Virus record (IMG/VR): IMGVR_UViG_3300033143_004594
Location: 1 to 64,000 of that record
Source: a virus
Length of the DNA: 64,000 nt
Direction: 5' to 3' (one strand)
Shown: positions 34,398-45,100 of the stretch, in pieces
Position numbering within the stretch: position 1 is the first letter of the stretch
Layout: the number at the start of each line of letters is the position of its first letter
Translations under genes and position numbers: made by a program
Notes under the pieces: model-generated
The model's input: only the letters and a program-made list of their open reading frames with translations
The model's database searches: none
Told to the model about the DNA's origin: nothing

Positions 34398-34593
34398 TGT
34401 CTTTGATCATCCTTTCTGCAACCTTAGTGTCCAGCGTCATTTTCTCAACAAGATCACAAACCCGACGCACATTTCCATTAAGTTCTATCAAAGCTGCATC
34501 TAATTCCACAAGTGAATGACGGCCATTTGTGGGCTTCTTAATAAGGATAAACCAATGATTCTTGAGCCGGGCCTCAATCTTTTTTGTTAGCAT
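34369..34593 (-). CDS. Hypothetical soluble protein in the lysis cassette
   Basis: 74-aa ORF overlapping both neighbours. Confidence 0.45.
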   Translation of the reverse strand: MLTKKIEARLKNHWFILIKKPTNGRHSLVELDAALIELNGNVRRVCDLVEKMTLDTKVAERMIKDNVSNSIDNS

Positions 34594-34894
34594 TTTTCAG
34601 GTCCTGTCTCAGCTTATCCAATTCCCTAGCGATAGAGAATTGTTGCAGGAAGACCTCGATAGCATTTGCTAAACCGTCAACGGCGCTAGTGGTTTCCGTT
34701 AAACCTGCCAAGGTCTTTTCTAGCAATTCAGTCTGATTATCACTATTGTTCTCATTGGCTTTTTGGAGCAGCCTAAAAAGGATGACGCATACTCCAGCCA
34801 AAGCAGTAATAATCACCCATTGCAACGTCATGACATTCTGGGGACCTTCGGCTACCTGTAAAAAAATCATGGTTAGCATTAGCATACCTGTCAT
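34574..34894 (-). CDS. Membrane-anchored coiled-coil protein
   Basis: Two N-terminal TM helices plus a helical C-terminus. Confidence 0.55.
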   Translation of the reverse strand: MTGMLMLTMIFLQVAEGPQNVMTLQWVIITALAGVCVILFRLLQKANENNSDNQTELLEKTLAGLTETTSAVDGLANAIEVFLQQFSIARELDKLRQDLKNANKKD

Positions 34895-34958
34895 TCACTC
34901 TGTTCTAAATATGACATTGGTACTATTAAAGAGTCCCCTCTTTCCAAGGTTGAATTCA

Positions 34959-35975
34959 TTATAGCATACTAATAAGAATGCCCTGTTGCACATCGCTACC
35001 ACCACCAACATCTTCTATTGCCTCAGCGTACATCGCACTCTCGCCATAGTTGGTATCACTGGGCGGCGAATTACAGGGATCTTCTGGCCCATCGCTATAA
35101 GTGTCTCCAACGGTGTAATAATCCCTGCTTTCAAACCATCCCCAAGGATTGTTAGTAAACGACGCAACAACCAAATCTGCTTGAAGACCTATCCAGTATG
35201 TTGCACCTTCTGTAATGTCAATAGTGGATTGCAAATCTTCGCTGTACCATTGTTCTGTACTTGCCCCAACGATTGGGTCTGATTGCCCAAGTAAAGCGTC
35301 TGGAGTTCCGGCATTGTCAGAGTACATGACGAATCGTATGGAGTCTGAACTTGTAAACGTTTCATCTAAAAAGCACCAGATTTTCTCTAGTGTAAGATCC
35401 TCTTGAGCAACTACCTCAGTCAAAAACACTTGATCGGTAGCAGCCCCGTTCTCATCGTAGTTTGGGGTTTCGCTTTTGAACATACCCCCTTTATATCCGA
35501 TCCATCTCCTTGTAGACGTTATTCGGGCAGTATTGGCATAGATTGAATATTCTCGCGTTACGTTGCTGCCGCCAGCCCAAGGCTGGAGTGGATAGGGCCA
35601 CGTATCAGACACAATTCTTGAATTCAAAGTAACATCAGAGTCATATACCAATGTGATTGCGTCATCCGAATGAACACCAAGCCAATAGGTGATACCATTA
35701 CTCACGGCCAAGGGTTGTGAAAGTTCAGCAGAATACCATTCATCAGAACCAGTGCCAACAATCAGCACGGTTTGAGCAATAAGTACATCTGGAACATCTG
35801 AGTTGTCACTGTATATGGAAAACCGGAATAGCTCGCCAACCGCAGCGTTTTTCACATAAGCACTCATACTATAGAGGACTCCATCAAAGCCACAAACATG
35901 CTGGCTCACAAAATGCTCGTCTGCGGCAAGTGCCTGATCCGATCCACCCGGAGTCTCGTACCCGAACTTAGACAT
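34959..35975 (-). CDS. Tail fibre or receptor-binding candidate with an internally duplicated beta-sandwich-like domain
   Basis: Two homologous halves: FRFSIYSDNSDVPDVLIAQ...EWYSAEL...GITYWLGVHSD and IRFVMYSDNAGTPDALLGQ...QWYSEDL...GATYWIGLQAD. Confidence 0.6.
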   Translation of the reverse strand: MSKFGYETPGGSDQALAADEHFVSQHVCGFDGVLYSMSAYVKNAAVGELFRFSIYSDNSDVPDVLIAQTVLIVGTGSDEWYSAELSQPLAVSNGITYWLGVHSDDAITLVYDSDVTLNSRIVSDTWPYPLQPWAGGSNVTREYSIYANTARITSTRRWIGYKGGMFKSETPNYDENGAATDQVFLTEVVAQEDLTLEKIWCFLDETFTSSDSIRFVMYSDNAGTPDALLGQSDPIVGASTEQWYSEDLQSTIDITEGATYWIGLQADLVVASFTNNPWGWFESRDYYTVGDTYSDGPEDPCNSPPSDTNYGESAMYAEAIEDVGGGSDVQQGILISML

Positions 35976-36520
35976 TATTTCATATCTGCCCCTGGTAGGA
36001 AACCTTGATAAATGGTCCCGCCATTAGTAGTGAAGAAAGTGTAGGTATCAACCGCAAGTGCTGTGCCGGTCAAGGTTGGTTCTGTGCCACCCGGCCAATC
36101 GACACTACCCGGCCATGTTCTTGTCCAAGGCGAACTACCGTCATTGGTAATAATTAACTTAAATGAGCTTTCGATTCCGCTGGCCTGTGGATTATCGAAA
36201 GTAAAAGTGATATTACCCGTTTGGGTAAGGGTAATAACATTACCGTCATCCAGGTCCAGAGTGACAGCACCTGACTGGTTGCCCATTGCATTGACGACCT
36301 TCCCGTATTGGATAATGGGTGAGAGCAGGATTTTCCCCCATGTTACCGGGCTCTCATCACGTAATATCCAATAAGAATCTTCGGCCGTAGCCTTACCAAC
36401 CATGCCGACCTGTTCCGAGGTAAAACCCGTAGCGGCAAGCAAGGTCGTCTCATTTGCATAGATAAGATCGGCATCAATAATTGGATGTACTTTTGTTTGT
36501 TCGCTATGTAATAGTCCCAT
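35975..36520 (-). CDS. Tail-associated structural protein
   Basis: TAATG coupling. 181 aa. Position in the tail-tip module. Confidence 0.6.
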   Translation of the reverse strand: MGLLHSEQTKVHPIIDADLIYANETTLLAATGFTSEQVGMVGKATAEDSYWILRDESPVTWGKILLSPIIQYGKVVNAMGNQSGAVTLDLDDGNVITLTQTGNITFTFDNPQASGIESSFKLIITNDGSSPWTRTWPGSVDWPGGTEPTLTGTALAVDTYTFFTTNGGTIYQGFLPGADMK

Positions 36521-36521
36521 A

Positions 36522-37442
36522 TTAACCTACCACTATTAGATCGCCATCCTCGTTAGTTAGCCAGCCACCGCCATCGTCTGGATGAGCAATAACAGGAGTC
36601 GCCCAAAAAGGAATGGAGACATCATCTGACATAAAAACTTGCCCCGGCCCTGTCGGGGCTGGCACGGCCGAGTCTGAGCCATCACCTAGAAAGTCTCGGC
36701 CATCATCAATGTCGTCTGCTGTTGTGACATCAGTTTGCCCATTAGCCAAAGTAACCCATGCTGATTTCGTTACTTCATCGTGGGGTGGAAGCGGAAGCGG
36801 GACAGGAATAATCCCATTATCAATAACCGTGGGACCTTCCACGGTATAAAGAATATTAGTCAGCCGATCCAAATAAATAAGGACGTTTCTTATTAGGCCG
36901 GCAGCGGGGACAGAAGAAGTTAGGTCCGTATCAGCACCAGGAAAAAACTTTGAGCTCCCACCGTGATTGTAATCATAAGGATAGGTTGAAACCGTCAATG
37001 TCGCCCCGTCTCCAACGGTTTTGAATACATACATCATGGGTTGGAAAACATCCACCGGGTCAGGACCTGGGTCTGATTCATCTGCGGTTCGATGACTTGA
37101 AGCATGTAGGCCAGTATTGAACTGGCTAATAGGGACTACAGAAGTATCCACTTCATAGGAACTGTTGACACCAATGATCTCCCATCGGTACGGGAATGTT
37201 GGTTGTCGGGCCACCAGGACGGCAGTACCTTCCTCTCTTAGGGTTGTGGGATTCCAGACAGGGGCTTTGTTGGCCTCTTTTTGCCCTGAGTAGCTTACCC
37301 AAGTCCAGTTTGTACCAAGGGCCAAATAGGTTGTCTCCCCACCCTCTGAAACGATTTCAGCCGGCCGGACAATAATCTTATCTTCAAGCAAAAGAAGGCG
37401 GTTGTTCCTGGCCGCTTGAATGTCACGATAATCAGAGTACAT
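36522..37442 (-). CDS. Tail-associated structural protein
   Basis: 306 aa. Position in the tail-tip module. Confidence 0.6.
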   Translation of the reverse strand: MYSDYRDIQAARNNRLLLLEDKIIVRPAEIVSEGGETTYLALGTNWTWVSYSGQKEANKAPVWNPTTLREEGTAVLVARQPTFPYRWEIIGVNSSYEVDTSVVPISQFNTGLHASSHRTADESDPGPDPVDVFQPMMYVFKTVGDGATLTVSTYPYDYNHGGSSKFFPGADTDLTSSVPAAGLIRNVLIYLDRLTNILYTVEGPTVIDNGIIPVPLPLPPHDEVTKSAWVTLANGQTDVTTADDIDDGRDFLGDGSDSAVPAPTGPGQVFMSDDVSIPFWATPVIAHPDDGGGWLTNEDGDLIVVG

Positions 37443-37454
37443 GATTAAACCTTA

Positions 37455-40400
37455 CTACATTCTGATGATGGCTTCAATACCATCGGTATTGTCATGGTTG
37501 AAAGTCAGGTCCGAATAAATAACAAACGGGGTGTTGACCTGCACAACCATAATAGGATCTGCAAACCAGGAGCAGATGTAAGCATCCCCATTGTAGAAAT
37601 TGATAGTCATACCATGAGGCGCTACCGGCGCATCGAAGGGCAGAGTTAGTCGTAGGGTCAAGGCATTGTCGGCATTGTCCCGGTATAGCTTCGCCTGAGC
37701 AGCCCTATTCCTGATGGCGTACATATAACCGAGGGTAGTAATGATCAACGCCCCACAGTGGTCTACACCCCATGTGTTTTCGATCAGCGCCCAAGCAGCC
37801 CCGCCGTTGAGAGTGCGAATAATATGGGTCTCTATTCCGAGACTTTGAGGATCATACATACGGCCAAATACATAGACAACATCATCATAACCAAACGGGA
37901 CAAATGGATAAGCAAGCCGTGTCTTAGCCTCTGTAGCTGCAAAAGCAGCCACCCCCATAGAGAACGTGTTACTAAGAGCGAGACTCGGCAGGGCAAACTC
38001 TTGAGCATACAACACGGCATTTAGATTGCCCGTTACCCATACCTTATCACCGGCCGACTTGCCGATACTTAGGCCAAGTCCCCTTGCGGCATAGTCACCA
38101 ATGTCCCAATTAATTGTCCAGCCGTCAAGATCGGAACTACTATTCCATCTAACCAATAAGCCCTTAGTACCAGATAATACCTCTATTGAAAAACCATATC
38201 CCGAAGCATCACCCGTATTATCCACAACCGTTCCGTAAGTGATTGCGTTTGTTGAAGCATTGACCTTACCTAAAACATGGCGGACATCTGGGTATGTCCC
38301 TGTTTGTGGCTTGTAGCCAACAATAAAAAACTCAGGGTTGATTATTGCTAAATTTTGCTCATAGACATCAAAACTGAATGTATCCCATGCGGCAGGGGTA
38401 GACAGATCAATTGTAGGAATGGTATATGGACCGCCCACCGTGCCAACTCGACAATATCCATATTCATAAGTCGAGACATCCTCATACCAAGAAATCACAA
38501 ACCGTGTGCTATCTAACTTGCGAACACCTATTTCATGAACAATCTTGCTGGCCGCATTGCCGAAAGTAAGACCAGAACTTTTGTAAAGGTTGTTTCCGAA
38601 TCGACCAATGCCAATGGCATTCCCATAACTATTACCAGAACCATTGTCCTCGCTAATAACTACAGCATGGGTAGTAGATAATGTGGCAACGTCTACAGAA
38701 CGGCCGAAAGTACCTAAAGGAAGTTCTGAACCATGCGTAGGGTTTGCCCCGGTTGTTACAACGACCCTGGCCCCACCAGTTATCGACCCGCTACCATAGA
38801 CAACTAGACTAGCATCCTCATCAAACATAGAGATCCGCACACAATCCGCGTCGTTAGTTACAGCAAATGAGTCTACTGAACTCATAGAAATGACAGTCGC
38901 GCTTATCGTCCCAATCGCCAATTTTATACCGGGCCATATACTGCCATTGTAATAGATCCACGCCAGCAAAAATTTGGTTGGGCCAATCGCAACGGCCGAC
39001 ATCTCGTAGGGAGTATTCCCGCTTGTTTCATCACCTGGATTAAGCACATAATCCGTTCCCCCTGGCGTTAGGGTATCACCAGAGATGTCAATAACAGTAC
39101 CCTGTATACGATAGGTTGGCCCGTTGTCAGCCCAAATTTGCACGGCTTTTGTCTCGGTCAAGACACAAAGCGTTTTGTGCATCCCACTGTTGGAGTAACC
39201 TGAAAGATTCTGAACATCGGCCGAACCATTATAAACACTCGTTGTCGAGCCAAACGAGGTTACTTTCTCTAGCCCTTCTATCCCAATATTTTTCCAGGAC
39301 CAAGTTGAACCATTATCATCTGTGTATGCTAACCAGCTTCGCCAAGTGCCACCACTGTTTTGCCAGGTAGCCAGGAATACAAATTCATCCTGATTAATGT
39401 AAGACCCTTCGCCCTGAATAAAAGTAACACTGGCAACTGTTGGCGCTGGTGAATCACCGGCATTGTTAGGCGGGTCTGATGAGGGGGTAACGTCAACATC
39501 AACCGATGCAAAAGCATCTGTAGAACGCTTGATAAACCCGATCCCGCAGCGGAAAACAATTGCGGACGCCGGCGAATCTGTGGCCTGTTTTACCCGCCAG
39601 AAAGGATCTTGGACCAAATCTGTAACCCCTTGGGTTAATCGTTTTGTCCACAAATCACCAAGGGCCGACTTATAGTTGACCGAGGCCCCGGTCAGTAACG
39701 CTCCTGGCACTTCTTCCGGTGGGGGAAGGAGCGGCAGGTTTCCACCGAGCGGGGGGAAGGAAGGGCACTCAGTATAAACACCATCAGTTGTGACATGCTC
39801 GGGCTCAAAAGAGCAGTTCATATCCCAAAAAGTATTCATGGAATTGTAAGTAGCCATTACGTGGCGAAGGTAAAGCGGTTTGTCAGACCACGTAATGCCA
39901 CGCGGATTCTGAGATGCTTGTAAATCCATTGTGAATTGTTCGCTGTAAGCACAGTCAAACACACCAAGATAATTCCCATGTAGCTCGATGCGAAATTCTT
40001 CTATTGGGTTATTGATTTTCGCCTCGTGCCGCCCCGCGATCTGGTTTAGATGGTCCTGGCTAGATACGGTCTGTTTCGGCTTATCTTGTGGGCTAGGGCC
40101 ACGCCACAGGGGTTTCCCACCGGGCGCTATGGAACAAAATTCATCGGCATCGGGCTTACCGTCTACGAAAGCACCATCCCAATAAAAGCCATTCGCCGTC
40201 ACAAAGGGGACTTCAAACTCAGGCTTGCGGGGGATCGCCATGGGCCCGCCAAAATCTGCGATGCCGGGTAGCGACGAAATTGCAAAAATGGTTGTCAGAC
40301 CCGAACGGTCTGAGTCAATCATAAGCTGCTGATCATCTACGATGTGTATCCGGCCGCCCTGGTCGCACTGAACCCGAGCCCGTATTGACTCATCGTAAAG

Positions 40401-41669
40401 GAACACGTTTACCATGTCATAGGGATTCCCCTCATCGAATCCCTGGAACATGCGGAGTAGGGTGTCATCAGCTTCCCATAAAACGTCACAAACCTCATAT
40501 AGCGTTGTGCGCCAACGCAACAGGTTATGAACAATATCACTCGGCTTCTGAGCCGTTTTGCCCTCGTACCATTTGACCGGAGACTGAGCCGCTATTAGAG
40601 ATGTGCTGAAAGAGTGAAGTTGTCTCAACACTCCCTCAACCGTAGACATTACTATATCGACTTCGCCCACGCTTGTAGCCCAATCCTGAGCGTCCGCGTC
40701 TCCCCTAACATATCCAGTGAATACAGTCGTTGAATTGTCAGGCAGGAAAGTGATTTGCGACTCAGTTCCGTTGTAATAAGATTCGCCCCATATCACAACC
40801 AGGGTGTGATCTGGAATGTCGGCCAGGGTAGCGTAATCCATAGCCTTTATCCCGGCCGTCCAGCCACCACCTTCCCAATCATTCTCTATCGTGATTTGGT
40901 CACAGTCGATAAATGGATAACTGCCGGCCGTGCGGTCCGGGTCGTGGACCATATAGAGCCGGTAACTGACCTGGGATTTTCCGTTAGAGTTTGTAACCGT
41001 ATACTTTGCCCAATAATACCCGGCGGCCGTAAAGGTAATGTCGCCTAACCCCGTGCCTGTGTTGAAATTGACCGTAGGTGTCCCAGCTGTAGAAGCTACC
41101 GTAAGTGCGTAGCTTGTTATCGAAGCAGCCTTTGGGTCTGAGTTAGAAGCATCTACATTGATTGCGAAGCTGCCAGAAACCAGGAAACCCGCTCGATGGT
41201 CGCCAGCGATCACAACCGGTGGCGGTTGGGTGTTCTGGTTTGAGTAAACAATGTCATCATCCATATACCAAATCTCGGTGGCCGGATCGATATATGAACG
41301 GCGCGGTTTCAGTGGGTAGTTATGATAAAAAGTAAGGTAATTGTTATCTTGGAGTTGATGAGAATGCCCTGCTACCGTAACCGTCCCCGTTACCCCGCCA
41401 TCTCCAGAAGATATTGCTTTCACTCTCAGCCGGCCTACATTATCTGACTGGAGAGCCGTACCTACCCAAACCTCTTGCAGAGCCTCAATCATGGAGAAAA
41501 ACGAACCGGTGCCGGCGTTAAAATCTATCGAGGTTTCCCCCTTAACTACAGTGGCATCATTTAGTCTAGCTGACCATAGGATAGGCGGGACTAGATAAGA
41601 GAGCCTAATGTCACTCCTATGATGCTCACTTCGCTGTAAGGCAAGATCGGGCGCTGATACAGTTGGCAT
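37455..41669 (-). CDS. Giant tail tip / host-specificity-like protein (1404 aa) with an Asp-box (BNR-like) motif
   Basis: Second gene after the tape measure. Contains YTDDNGSTWSW (SxDxGxTW-like). Confidence 0.65.
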   Translation of the reverse strand: MPTVSAPDLALQRSEHHRSDIRLSYLVPPILWSARLNDATVVKGETSIDFNAGTGSFFSMIEALQEVWVGTALQSDNVGRLRVKAISSGDGGVTGTVTVAGHSHQLQDNNYLTFYHNYPLKPRRSYIDPATEIWYMDDDIVYSNQNTQPPPVVIAGDHRAGFLVSGSFAINVDASNSDPKAASITSYALTVASTAGTPTVNFNTGTGLGDITFTAAGYYWAKYTVTNSNGKSQVSYRLYMVHDPDRTAGSYPFIDCDQITIENDWEGGGWTAGIKAMDYATLADIPDHTLVVIWGESYYNGTESQITFLPDNSTTVFTGYVRGDADAQDWATSVGEVDIVMSTVEGVLRQLHSFSTSLIAAQSPVKWYEGKTAQKPSDIVHNLLRWRTTLYEVCDVLWEADDTLLRMFQGFDEGNPYDMVNVFLYDESIRARVQCDQGGRIHIVDDQQLMIDSDRSGLTTIFAISSLPGIADFGGPMAIPRKPEFEVPFVTANGFYWDGAFVDGKPDADEFCSIAPGGKPLWRGPSPQDKPKQTVSSQDHLNQIAGRHEAKINNPIEEFRIELHGNYLGVFDCAYSEQFTMDLQASQNPRGITWSDKPLYLRHVMATYNSMNTFWDMNCSFEPEHVTTDGVYTECPSFPPLGGNLPLLPPPEEVPGALLTGASVNYKSALGDLWTKRLTQGVTDLVQDPFWRVKQATDSPASAIVFRCGIGFIKRSTDAFASVDVDVTPSSDPPNNAGDSPAPTVASVTFIQGEGSYINQDEFVFLATWQNSGGTWRSWLAYTDDNGSTWSWKNIGIEGLEKVTSFGSTTSVYNGSADVQNLSGYSNSGMHKTLCVLTETKAVQIWADNGPTYRIQGTVIDISGDTLTPGGTDYVLNPGDETSGNTPYEMSAVAIGPTKFLLAWIYYNGSIWPGIKLAIGTISATVISMSSVDSFAVTNDADCVRISMFDEDASLVVYGSGSITGGARVVVTTGANPTHGSELPLGTFGRSVDVATLSTTHAVVISEDNGSGNSYGNAIGIGRFGNNLYKSSGLTFGNAASKIVHEIGVRKLDSTRFVISWYEDVSTYEYGYCRVGTVGGPYTIPTIDLSTPAAWDTFSFDVYEQNLAIINPEFFIVGYKPQTGTYPDVRHVLGKVNASTNAITYGTVVDNTGDASGYGFSIEVLSGTKGLLVRWNSSSDLDGWTINWDIGDYAARGLGLSIGKSAGDKVWVTGNLNAVLYAQEFALPSLALSNTFSMGVAAFAATEAKTRLAYPFVPFGYDDVVYVFGRMYDPQSLGIETHIIRTLNGGAAWALIENTWGVDHCGALIITTLGYMYAIRNRAAQAKLYRDNADNALTLRLTLPFDAPVAPHGMTINFYNGDAYICSWFADPIMVVQVNTPFVIYSDLTFNHDNTDGIEAIIRM

Positions 41670-41670
41670 A

Positions 41671-42138
41671 TTATTTTAGGGTATAGAGCGAATTGGCGTT
41701 GACAATATCGACATTGTTCAACAAGAGACGGTAGTTTTCCATGTGTCCCTGGCTTCCGCGGAAGCGACCAATGATCGGCCCCGCATCAGCATTTTTGAAA
41801 TCACGGTGCGGTTTTCCCCGAATGTCCGCCCAATGGATGCCAGCGGAAGAATCATCGGTCAGGTCAACAGTAAAATAAAGCCAGCCCGTACCAGCTTTCG
41901 CCCCATCAATAAATTGCCTGATCCGCCACGCTTGGTATCTGGTCGTCACTTCCCACAAGAAATCCAGGGTAGCGGCCCCATGAAGGGCCTGCTCACCTTC
42001 GCCCCGCGGCGTCTCAACAGAGGCGTCATTGTATGGCGCTATAGTCGGCACTGGAATTTCCCACAAGCGGAAAGATCCTCTTGCTAACCCGGCCTCATCT
42101 AATGATATTCTCCAGTCCCAAGGACAACTATTTGACAT
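41671..42138 (-). CDS. Distal/minor tail protein candidate
   Basis: The ATG at 42138 sits 1 nt after the TMP stop, whereas the track start at 42168 is a TTG. Confidence 0.55.
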   Translation of the reverse strand: MSNSCPWDWRISLDEAGLARGSFRLWEIPVPTIAPYNDASVETPRGEGEQALHGAATLDFLWEVTTRYQAWRIRQFIDGAKAGTGWLYFTVDLTDDSSAGIHWADIRGKPHRDFKNADAGPIIGRFRGSQGHMENYRLLLNNVDIVNANSLYTLK

Positions 42139-42139
42139 C

Positions 42140-45100
42140 TTATTTACCTGCCCATGTTCGTTTGGCAACTCTAACCGCTATGTTTTCCATCGCCTTTATA
42201 TATGTAGGTGGAATACCACGCGGGTCAGGGAATTGATTAGTGACATCCATCGTATTGTTGATGGTCATAGACCCGCCACGAGCCCCGGATGTCAGCATAT
42301 TACTAAAAACCGGACTATGATTTGGAATAATTCGGCCAGCACCGGGCATGTCAATTATTTCCGGCCCACGTTCGCCAACAAGTAACGGTCCAGGCCCGAA
42401 GCCGCCACCGAGATACCGCTGCCCTAGCTGTTCCTGCAACCATGTAACGAAATCGACTAACTCTTGGTAGCCCATGTCCATGATGTCGCCTTGTATGAGG
42501 GGGGTTAAAATGCCTAACTCATCAGCGAAATTAATAGCCATCTGTTCAAGCTCAGCTTCTGTAACTGTAGCACCACCCCCGGTATCATCAGGATCTCCAT
42601 CATTGTCGGCCGGGATGGTCCCCATTCCGGGAATTATGGGGGTGGCTGTAGCAAGGATCTGATTGCGTTGCTTAATCCATTCGTAAAGCTGCCTGTAATC
42701 TGCAGCCATTCCCATATTGTTTTCTCTTAGCCAGTCCACCCAAAAGGCGTCGGCTATATCGACCGCTTCTACAAAAGCATTTTCTGTCAGTTCGGCCCGT
42801 TCCTCTTGATGATCGGCATCAGCTTCCAGTATCTCAGCGTGATACTCATCTTCAACCTCTTTCTTTCTAAACGCTCCTTCTTTAAGGATCACCACCTTCT
42901 GAGTCTCGGACTGTTCCGTAGCGGCAACTTCTCCCTCAACCCCGGTCTCAACATCAGCAAGTTTCATCAGGGCTGCTTGCCCACCGGACACGACAGTTTC
43001 GTCAACGGCATCTTGCTTGTCTCCTTCAGCCAGCAAGGTCGCGGCTGTTTCCATGTCCAGAATTTCTTGTGTAGCCGCTGCTAATTCTTCTCGTTTCTGC
43101 TCAAGAACATCGTTCAGAATAACCAAAGCGGCCTCGACCGCCTTTGCTTCTTCTTCTAATGCCGGGTCTGCTCGAAGAGCATTCAATGTTTCTTGTTGCT
43201 TTGCAATGGTCTGTTCCAGAATAGCTATTTCGGCATCGCTGGTAGCCTGAAAAGCAACTACTGAACCATTAAGCATAGATTCAATACTTAACAAATCTTG
43301 CTCAGCTAGAAGAACCGCAAGGTCTGAAGTTACTTCTATTTCGCCCCGTTTGATCATCTCGGCCGCAATCTGTGAATCTATCTGGCCCTGAAGCACATCG
43401 TTAAATGCGGCAGAATCGAAACCGGCGGCCGGGTTTGTTGGAAATACGGAAGGACCAAACATACCGGTCATAAAATTGGGGAATGCTGATACTCCCTCGC
43501 CAAATGAAGGAGCCCCAACTAACCCCGTACCTGAGCCCGTCCACGGTGCGGCTTGCTGAGCCCCAAATGGAGATTCGGTTACATTAGGAAAGGTAAAAAT
43601 TGGCTGGCCCGGTATCGCTTGAACCGCGCCGGCTGAAAAGATGCCGCCACCAGATATGCCGCTTATTGGCGCATCCTCGGACACGTTCGTAGACATGGCC
43701 CCCGAAGGGATAATGAATGGTGCGCCCGGAGTGCCAGGAGTGACCATACTCATGCCACCCGGTATACCGGGTATCCCGGTGGCGCTTTCTCCGAAGATAC
43801 TGAAATCGTCTAGGTCTGGGAGCGTATATTTGTTAATAAAACCCTGAATCCAGGCATCCAGATCCTTCATGCTGAGACCAAGGGTCTCGTTAATTATTTC
43901 CTGAGCACCAATCCCAACCATACCACCTAGTTTTAGGGCTTGCTCCATCATGAGTGTGTGAGCTAAATTTGTTGTGTCAAAGCTATATCTATCAAACGCA
44001 TCCCAAACATTTTCGGCCTCTGGCATAGCAAGGGCAAGATCGACAGTTCCTCTAAGTTTGTCGAAAGTATCTACAAGGTCTTCGATACTGAGAGCCGCAA
44101 CTTCCTCGGCTATCGTGCTATCGGCCCGAACCGCTCCCCCGGCCATCATTTCTTGCGCTCTGACAAGGCTGACAACAAGTTCTCGGATATGGTCTATTGC
44201 AAGAGTGGATGTGTCAGTCGTATCTATGGATAGGGGGGTATATGAAAACTCAGGTTTGCCGGTAAGCGGGTTAAAAACTATCCCCTGGCCAGCCAATTGA
44301 TTCATAAGGGCTAAGGCATCATCAATATATTTTTGCAGAAGAGCCAGGTCGTCAGCCGACTTCTCCGTAGTAACCCGACTCCGCTCATCCCACCAAGTTC
44401 TGTAATCATCCAGAGCTTGGTTTAATTGTTCATTTAAGACGGCCGTCTTACGGCGCTCAGCTATTGCCTGTGCTTCAACCTCGCGCTGTCGGGCCTGTTC
44501 CTGTTTTGCAAGCTGTTCCTGTAAGGCCGTGTCCAGGTCTCGAATCTTACGAGCACTGACAATACGAGCATCACGCAATTCGCGCTGTAACTGTTTATCT
44601 AATTCAGCCCGCCGATCATCTCCCTTTTGTGTAACATCATCAATCTCATCATTACGATTCTTTTTGAGTTGGTCTTCCTCGAAGGCTTGGCGACGGCGGA
44701 TCTGGCGGAGTGCCTTGCCATCATTAGCTAACATCGCCTCGAAAGCATCAAAATTAAATTTGTCCCGGAGACGCCTTAGTTCTTCCTGATATTTTTCCTC
44801 AGCACTAATGCGATCATCATTAAGATCACCTTCCAGATCGAGTACAGCATCCCCGTGTTTTCGGGCTATATCTTGCTCTTTGTCATTAAGACTTACGGCA
44901 GCCTTAACAACATTAGACTCAAAGGCGGATTGAATATCCGCGATTTTCAATTTGTTTTTGCGGTCGATGTCGATTAACTTCTGAGCATTATCAATCTCAG
45001 CCTGCATTCGCCTACGAGTTGCATCAGTCAATAGCTTCTCGAAGCGAAGGGTAGCCGCTACATCAAATTCTCTGACAGCCTCATTAACCTTTTTCTGTGT

